Below are positions 58,587-64,000 of a stretch of DNA of 64,000 bases, one piece after another. The DNA comes from Heterodontus francisci (lineage: Eukaryota), in the NCBI RefSeq assembly GCF_036365525.1, contig NC_090404.1:18111134-18175133 (forward strand), read 5' to 3'. Below the pieces are notes generated by a model. That model did no database searches. It had not been told where the DNA came from and saw nothing but the letters and a program-made list of their open reading frames with translations. Numbering within the stretch: the first letter of the stretch is position 1; every line of letters begins with the position of its first letter. A program made the position numbers and the translations under genes.

Positions 58587-60386
58587 TTGAACGTGTTCGG
58601 AAAAAGCACCAATCACAGTGGGGAGAAACTGTACACGTGTTCTGTGTGTGGCCAAGGTTTTAGCCGATCATCTGGCCTGTCGAAACACAAGTGTAGTCAC
58701 ACTGGGAAGAAACCATGTAAATATGGGGACTGTGGGAAGGGATTGAAGTATCCAGTTGAGCTGGAAACTCATTCACGCAGTCGCACCCTGGAGAGTCCGT
58801 TCAACTACTCCGAGTGTGGGAAGGGATTCACTCAATCATCCAACCTGCTGGCACATCAACGGGTTCACGCTGACAAGAGACATTTTAAATGTCGAGACTG
58901 TGGGAATTGCTGTTTAGGTTCTGTGGAACCGATGTCCCATCAACGTGTTCACACTGACAAGAGACCATTCAGGTCCACTCACTGCGGGACTGGGTTCAGG
59001 CAATCCTCTGATCTCACTGGACACCAACATATTCACACTGGGGAGAGGCCGTTCACCTGCTCTGAGTGTGGGAAAGGATTCGCTCAGTTATCCACCATGC
59101 TGACACACCAGCGAGTTCACACTGGGGAGAGGCCCTTCACATGCTCTGAATGCGGGAAGGGATTCACTCAGTCCTTCAACCTTCTGACACACCAGCGAAT
59201 TCACACTGGGGAGAGGCCGCTCACCTGCTCTGATTGTGGGAAGGGATTCAAAACTTCATCCGAGCTGCAAAGACACCAGCGAGTTCACACTGAGGAGAGG
59301 CCATTCTCCTGCTCTGAGTGTGGGAAGGGATTCAAAACTTCATCCGAGCTGCAAAGACACCAGCGAGTTCACACTGGGGAGAGGCCATTCTCCTGCTCTG
59401 AGTGTGGGAAAGGATTCGCTCAGTTATCCACCATGCTGGCACACCAACGAGTTCACACTGGGGAGAAGCCGTTCACCTGCTCAGAGTGTGGAAAGGGATT
59501 CAAAACTTCATCTAACCTGCTGTCACACCAGCAAGTTCACACTGGGGAGAGGCCATTCACCTGCTCTGAGTGTGGGAAGGGATTCACTCGGTCATCCCAC
59601 CTGCTGACACACCAGCGAGTACACACTGGGGAGAGGCCATTCACCTGCTCTGAGTGTGGGAAGGGATTCACTCGGTCATCCCACCTGCTGAGACACCAGC
59701 GAGTACACACTGGGGAGAGGCCATTCACCTGTTCGGTGTGTGGCAAGGAATTCAAAACTTCATCCAAACAGCTGACACACCAGCGAGTTCACACTGGGGA
59801 GAGGCCGTTCACCTGCTCAGAGTGTGGAAAGGGATTCAAAACTTCATCTAGCCTGCTGTCACACCAGCAAGTTCACACTGGGGAGAGGCCGTTCACCTGC
59901 TCAGAGTGTGGAAAGGGATTCAAAACTTCATCTAGCCTACTGTCACACCAGCGTGTTCACACTGCGGAGAAGCCGTTCAGCTGCTCAGAATGTGGTAGGG
60001 GATTTAAAACTTCATACGAAGTGCTGTCACACCAGCGAGTTCACACTGGGGAGAGGCCGTTCACCTGCTCAGAATGTGGGATGGGATTCACTCATTCATC
60101 CACCCTGCTGGCGCACCGGCGAATTCACACTGGGGAGAGGCCGTTCACCTGCTCCGAGTGTGGGAAGGGATTCACTTGTTCATCCACCCTGCTGGCGCAC
60201 CGGCGAGTTCACACTGGGGAGAGGCCGTTCACCTGCTCCGAGTGTGGGAAGGGATTCACTTGTTCATCTAACCTGCTGAAACACCAGCGAGTTCACACTG
60301 GGGAGAGGCCGTTCACCTGCTCTGAATGCGGGAAGGGATTCCCTCAGTCCTCCAGTCTTCTGACACACCAGCGAGTTCACAAGTAG
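58587..60386 (+). CDS. C2H2 zinc-finger protein, copy 5 (only continuous frame; 5 partly degenerate + 16 core fingers)
   Basis: 599-aa open frame; GACAAGAGACCA lacks the 2-bp deletion. Start uncertain: GTG at 58593, first ATG at 58932. Confidence 0.8.
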   Translation: MNVFGKSTNHSGEKLYTCSVCGQGFSRSSGLSKHKCSHTGKKPCKYGDCGKGLKYPVELETHSRSRTLESPFNYSECGKGFTQSSNLLAHQRVHADKRHFKCRDCGNCCLGSVEPMSHQRVHTDKRPFRSTHCGTGFRQSSDLTGHQHIHTGERPFTCSECGKGFAQLSTMLTHQRVHTGERPFTCSECGKGFTQSFNLLTHQRIHTGERPLTCSDCGKGFKTSSELQRHQRVHTEERPFSCSECGKGFKTSSELQRHQRVHTGERPFSCSECGKGFAQLSTMLAHQRVHTGEKPFTCSECGKGFKTSSNLLSHQQVHTGERPFTCSECGKGFTRSSHLLTHQRVHTGERPFTCSECGKGFTRSSHLLRHQRVHTGERPFTCSVCGKEFKTSSKQLTHQRVHTGERPFTCSECGKGFKTSSSLLSHQQVHTGERPFTCSECGKGFKTSSSLLSHQRVHTAEKPFSCSECGRGFKTSYEVLSHQRVHTGERPFTCSECGMGFTHSSTLLAHRRIHTGERPFTCSECGKGFTCSSTLLAHRRVHTGERPFTCSECGKGFTCSSNLLKHQRVHTGERPFTCSECGKGFPQSSSLLTHQRVHK

Positions 60387-60675
60387 ATCGGGGATGAGAA
60401 GTTTCTGCCAAATGGCGGATTTCCAACATTGGGGTTTCGGAAATCAACTAATAGTTTCTCCCTTTCCAACCTTAACTGCTGATAGTTCTGATTTTCTTTA
60501 ATGCCGGTACAACCACAAACCATTTTTAAGTCGTCTTTGTTTTTTATTTTCTTCCACCTCGGTGGAAATGAGCTTCAACCAGGAAAGCAAGTGGTTGCAA
60601 CTGCATACTCCTTCACAACGTCAGTGTGTCAGTCTTCTGTAAATGGCAAAACAGGAGGTGTGTGTATACTCAGAG

Positions 60676-62407
60676 CAGTCGTGGGGAAGGTGTTAGAATC
60701 GATCATTAAGGAGGCTCCGACTGGGCACTTATAAAAACTCAATGTAATCGGGAATAGTCAGCACAGTTTTGTGAAAGGGAGATCACTTCAACATGGCGGT
60801 ACCTCATCAGACCCCTTTCCTATCCTGAGTGGCGTGAAACAGGGCTATGTTATCGCACCCACATTTTTGGGGATTTTCATCTCCCTGCTGCTCTCACATG
60901 CGTTTAAGTCGTCTGAAGAAGGAATTTTCCTCCACACAAGATCAGGGGGCAGGTTGTTCAACCTTGCCCGTCTAAGAGCGAAGTTCAAAGTACGGAAAGT
61001 CCTCATCAGGGAACTCCTCTTTGCTGACGATGCTGCTTTAACATCTCACACTGAAGAGTGCCTGCAGAGTCTCATCGACAGGTTTGCGGCTGCCTGCAAT
61101 GAATTTGGCCTAACCATCAGCCTCAAGAAAAGGAACATCATGGGACAGGACGTCAGAAATGCTCCATCCATCAATATTGGCGACCACGCTCTGGAAGTGG
61201 TTCAAGAGTTCACCGACCTAGGCTCAACTATCACCAGTAACCTGTCTCTCAATGCAGAAATCAACAAGCGCATGGGAAAGGCTTCCACTGCTGTGTCCAG
61301 ACTGGCCAAGAGAGTGTGGGAAAATGGCGCACTGACACGGAACACAAAAGTCCGAGTGTATCAACCCTGTGTCCTCAGTACCTTGCTCTATGGCAGCGAG
61401 GCCTGGACAACGTATGTCAGCCAAGAGCGACGTCTCATTTCATTTCATCTTCGCTGCCTCCGGAGAATACTTGTCATCAGGTGGCAGGACCGTATCTCCA
61501 ACACAGAAGTCCTCGAGGCGGCCAACATCTCCAGCATGTACACCCTACTGAGTCAGCAGCGCTTGAGATGTCTTGGCCATGTGAGCCGCATGGAAGATGG
61601 CAGGATCCCCAAAGACACATTGTACAGCGAGCTCGCCACTGGTATCAGACCCACCGGCCGTCCATGTCTCCGCTTTAAAGACGTCTGCAAATGTGACGTG
61701 AAGTCCTGTAACATTGATCACAAGTCGTAGGTGTCTGTTGCCAGCGTTCACCAGAGCTGGTGGGCAGCCATAAAGGTGGGGCTAAAGTATGGCGAGTCGA
61801 AGAGACAGCAGTTGGCAGGAAAAAAGACAAAAGCGCAAGGAGAGAGCCAACTGTGTAACAGCCCCGACAAACAAATTTTTCTGCAGCACCTGTGGAAGAG
61901 CCTGTCACTCTAGAATTGGCCTTTATAGCCACTCCAGGCGCTGCTCCACACACCACTGACCACCTCCAGGCGCTTACCCATTGTCTCTCGAGATAAGGAG
62001 GCCAAAGAAAGAAAGAAATCATGTTTAACCAATTTACTGGAGTTCTTTGAAGGAGTAACATGTGCTGTGGATAAAGGGGAGCCCGTTAACGACTGTACTT
62101 GGATTTCCAGAAGGCATTTGACAAGGTGCCACATAAAAGGTTATTGCACAAAGTAGAAACTCATGGTGTAGTGGGGTAACATATTAGCATGAATAGAAGA
62201 TTGGCTGGCAGAAAACAGAGTATACATAAATGGGTCCTTTTCTGATTGGCAGGATTTGTCGAGTGGAGTCCTGCAGGGGCCTCAACTTTTTCCAATTTAT
62301 ATCAATGACTTAGATGAGGGGAGTGTAGGCATGGTAGCTAAATTGGCAGATGACACAAAGATAGGTAGGAAAATATGTTGTGAAGAGGACATAAGGAGGT
62401 TGCAGAC
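60676..62407 (+). mobile_element. CR1 host A, unit 5 (5' part)
   Basis: Paralogous to host A up to the ERV integration site. Confidence 0.83.
60786..62014 (+). mobile_element. 5'-truncated RTE LINE, unit 5
   Basis: Same junctions as the other units; ORF 60771-61730. Confidence 0.93.
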
Positions 62408-63020
62408 TGTGATAACAGAATTTTCAAGAGCAGAATAATATGTGGACATTTAAGATGAAATAATTAATCATGTATTACTAACAAACTAACTTCGGAGCTG
62501 CACAGACAGCTTATCAGTAATGACTTCATAGCTTTAGAGCTTCAGCAGACAGCTTATCCGAAATTAATAGTAGCCTATTCAGTGCTGTAGGGACAGCTTA
62601 TCAGTACAAATAGACTAACCAGCTAAAACCTAGCAGGACAGCTGCAGCTGTTGAAGACTAACCCTTTGTATGACAATCAGCCCAACGTTCCCAGGAGATA
62701 GGGGAATAAGAAACTGCTTGAGGAGAGGGCGACAAGGCAGTGCCCCAATCAGGCCCTGACACCAAGAAACTGCAAAGTTTGTGAACCAATTGGGAACATA
62801 AAGGGGGTGTCACTAATTTGTAAGAAGAACTATAAGAAAGGCTTGAATTCCCTCCTCCAGCACGGAGGAAGAGGGAGGAGAGCCCAGGTGTTGTTGTTGT
62901 TCGCTTTGCTGATGATGTAACCACTAAGTACTACAATAAAGTTTCTTAAAGCTACAGTCGGACTTCGTCTCTTTTTGGTGTAACCAATCAGAACATAAAA
63001 AAAACTGAGATCCAACAACT

Positions 63021-63038
63021 TGGTGTAGTCGGCAGGAT
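63021..63038 (+). promoter_or_regulatory. Primer binding site complementary to tRNA-Ser 3' end
   Basis: TGGTGTAGTCGGCAGGAT versus the vertebrate tRNA-Ser(AGA/TGA) end ATCCTGCCGACTACG-CCA: 17/18, the mismatch giving a G:U pair. Lies 3 nt after the LTR's CA. Confidence 0.88.
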
Positions 63039-63344
63039 CGCTGGAGGATCGAGACCAAAGCACTGGACATCGGTCCTTTATGGGGCCCCAGAGGTAAGGA
63101 TTCCTCTTTGTTTGAAAAGTCATTGGCCGTTGTCTAGGCTCGGTACTCCACCACGCGATCCCGAACCTCTTTGTTCAGTAACTCAAGTCCATTCGGGGGG
63201 AATACGGAAGACGAAAACCCCATATTTAGGCGCCTGATTTGGCGTTATTCGGCGTAATACCGACCCACGGGCTTCGACGGAAGCTCCATCGGCTTGAGTT
63301 TCTGTAGAAATACCCGGTTATACCGACCCTACGGCATTGATAAA

Positions 63345-64000
63345 ATGACCAACGAAGACAACCGACAGTTACCAACTACCGTCAAAGGTGGGCGGGCCCT
63401 GCCTGATGTTCCCGAAGATGAAATACTTGGTCAGTTAATAGAATGTATGGAGCAATGGTTTAATTTGGCTAAAACATACACAGACATTGGGCAAAAATAT
63501 GGCACCGCCACGGGACAGTGGTCCCTGGAAGAGATAAAGAGAGTCTGGGGGAAAAACAACCTGTTTAAAGGATAGAGAACGGACCCAATGGTCCCTAGCC
63601 GTCATGGGCCAGATCAGCGTAATGAAATTATCCAACAAGCTCAACGTGACCTAACTAATGTGAAGGACCAATTGAAGGCGGTCTGCGAACAATTGAAAGA
63701 GGAAAAGCTTAAAGTGGAACAGTTAGAAGCTGCCCATAAAAAGCTAGAAATTGGAAATAGAGAACTTAAAAGACAACTACAGGATGAACGAGCGATCCAA
63801 TTGAAGGGACCGCTTTACGGACCCCCCCCCCAACCACCACCACCGACTAACATATATCCGAGTTTGAAGATGTTACAAAAAGAACAACACCTACTGCAAC
63901 TGCATGATGCAGGTCTAGCGGAGGACGAGTCCTCCAGTGAAGAAAGTGACACTGATGATGATGGTTTGCCTTTCCCGCGACTAGCTCCCCTCAAACAGAA
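63345..64000 (+). pseudogene. Retroviral gag-like N-terminal region (one in-frame TAG at 63573)
   Basis: ATG at 63345. After the stop the frame stays open to the window end: coiled coil, PPPQPPPP, YPSL (63855-63866), acidic stretch. Confidence 0.65.

Larger units (their letters stand above)
1..64000 (+). repeat. Segmental tandem duplication array of a ZF-gene + nested-TE unit (4 full units + part of a 5th)
   Basis: The same succession of sequences recurs. Position 1 is homologous to 16234. ZF exon acceptors lie at 16117, 34545, 46673 and 58484 (spacings 16233, 18428, 12128, 11811 bp). Length differences are explained by copy-specific insertions and deletions. Confidence 0.97.
62408..64000 (+). 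mobile_element. Endogenous retrovirus provirus, 5' part (5' LTR 62408-63017, leader, gag-like), runs off window
   Basis: Same LTR as the solo LTRs but followed by PBS and internal sequence instead of the right-hand TSD. Confidence 0.88.

Noticed and set aside
63021-63038. tRNA-Ser gene
   Set aside because: Only the 18-nt complement including CCA is present, next to an LTR, so it is a PBS.

Overview
Vertebrate genomic DNA, most likely from a cartilaginous fish (inferred from the CR1/HER1-like LINE tails, L2 tails and zinc-finger style; not proven). The window is a head-to-tail segmental tandem array: four full units of about 16.2, 18.4, 12.1 and 11.8 kb plus part of a fifth. Each unit has a CpG-island promoter, a non-coding exon 1, a ~2 kb intron and one large exon encoding a C2H2 zinc-finger array with no recognisable KRAB or SCAN domain. 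Each also carries a co-amplified stack of nested retroelements: CR1, RTE, an ERV LTR, a Gmr1-like gypsy remnant and L2. The five ZF copies differ in finger number and order; four share a frameshift and only copy 5 has a continuous frame. Copy-specific insertions are a near-full RTE (unit 1), an intact two-ORF CR1 with 204-bp 5' monomers (unit 2), a solo LTR inside the last finger of copy 4, and a short CR1 with a 30-bp TSD. Most notable: (i) a tandem slippery site G-GGT-TTA-AAC at the AUG-less, -1 overlapping CR1 ORF1/ORF2 junction, a candidate programmed -1 frameshift; (ii) one ERV integration site seen as empty, solo-LTR and proviral (tRNA-Ser PBS, 5-bp TSD, gag-like ORF) in different paralogs; (iii) minisatellite-like shuffling of ZF recognition helices between paralogs. 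All coordinates were counted by eye and may be off by a few bases.
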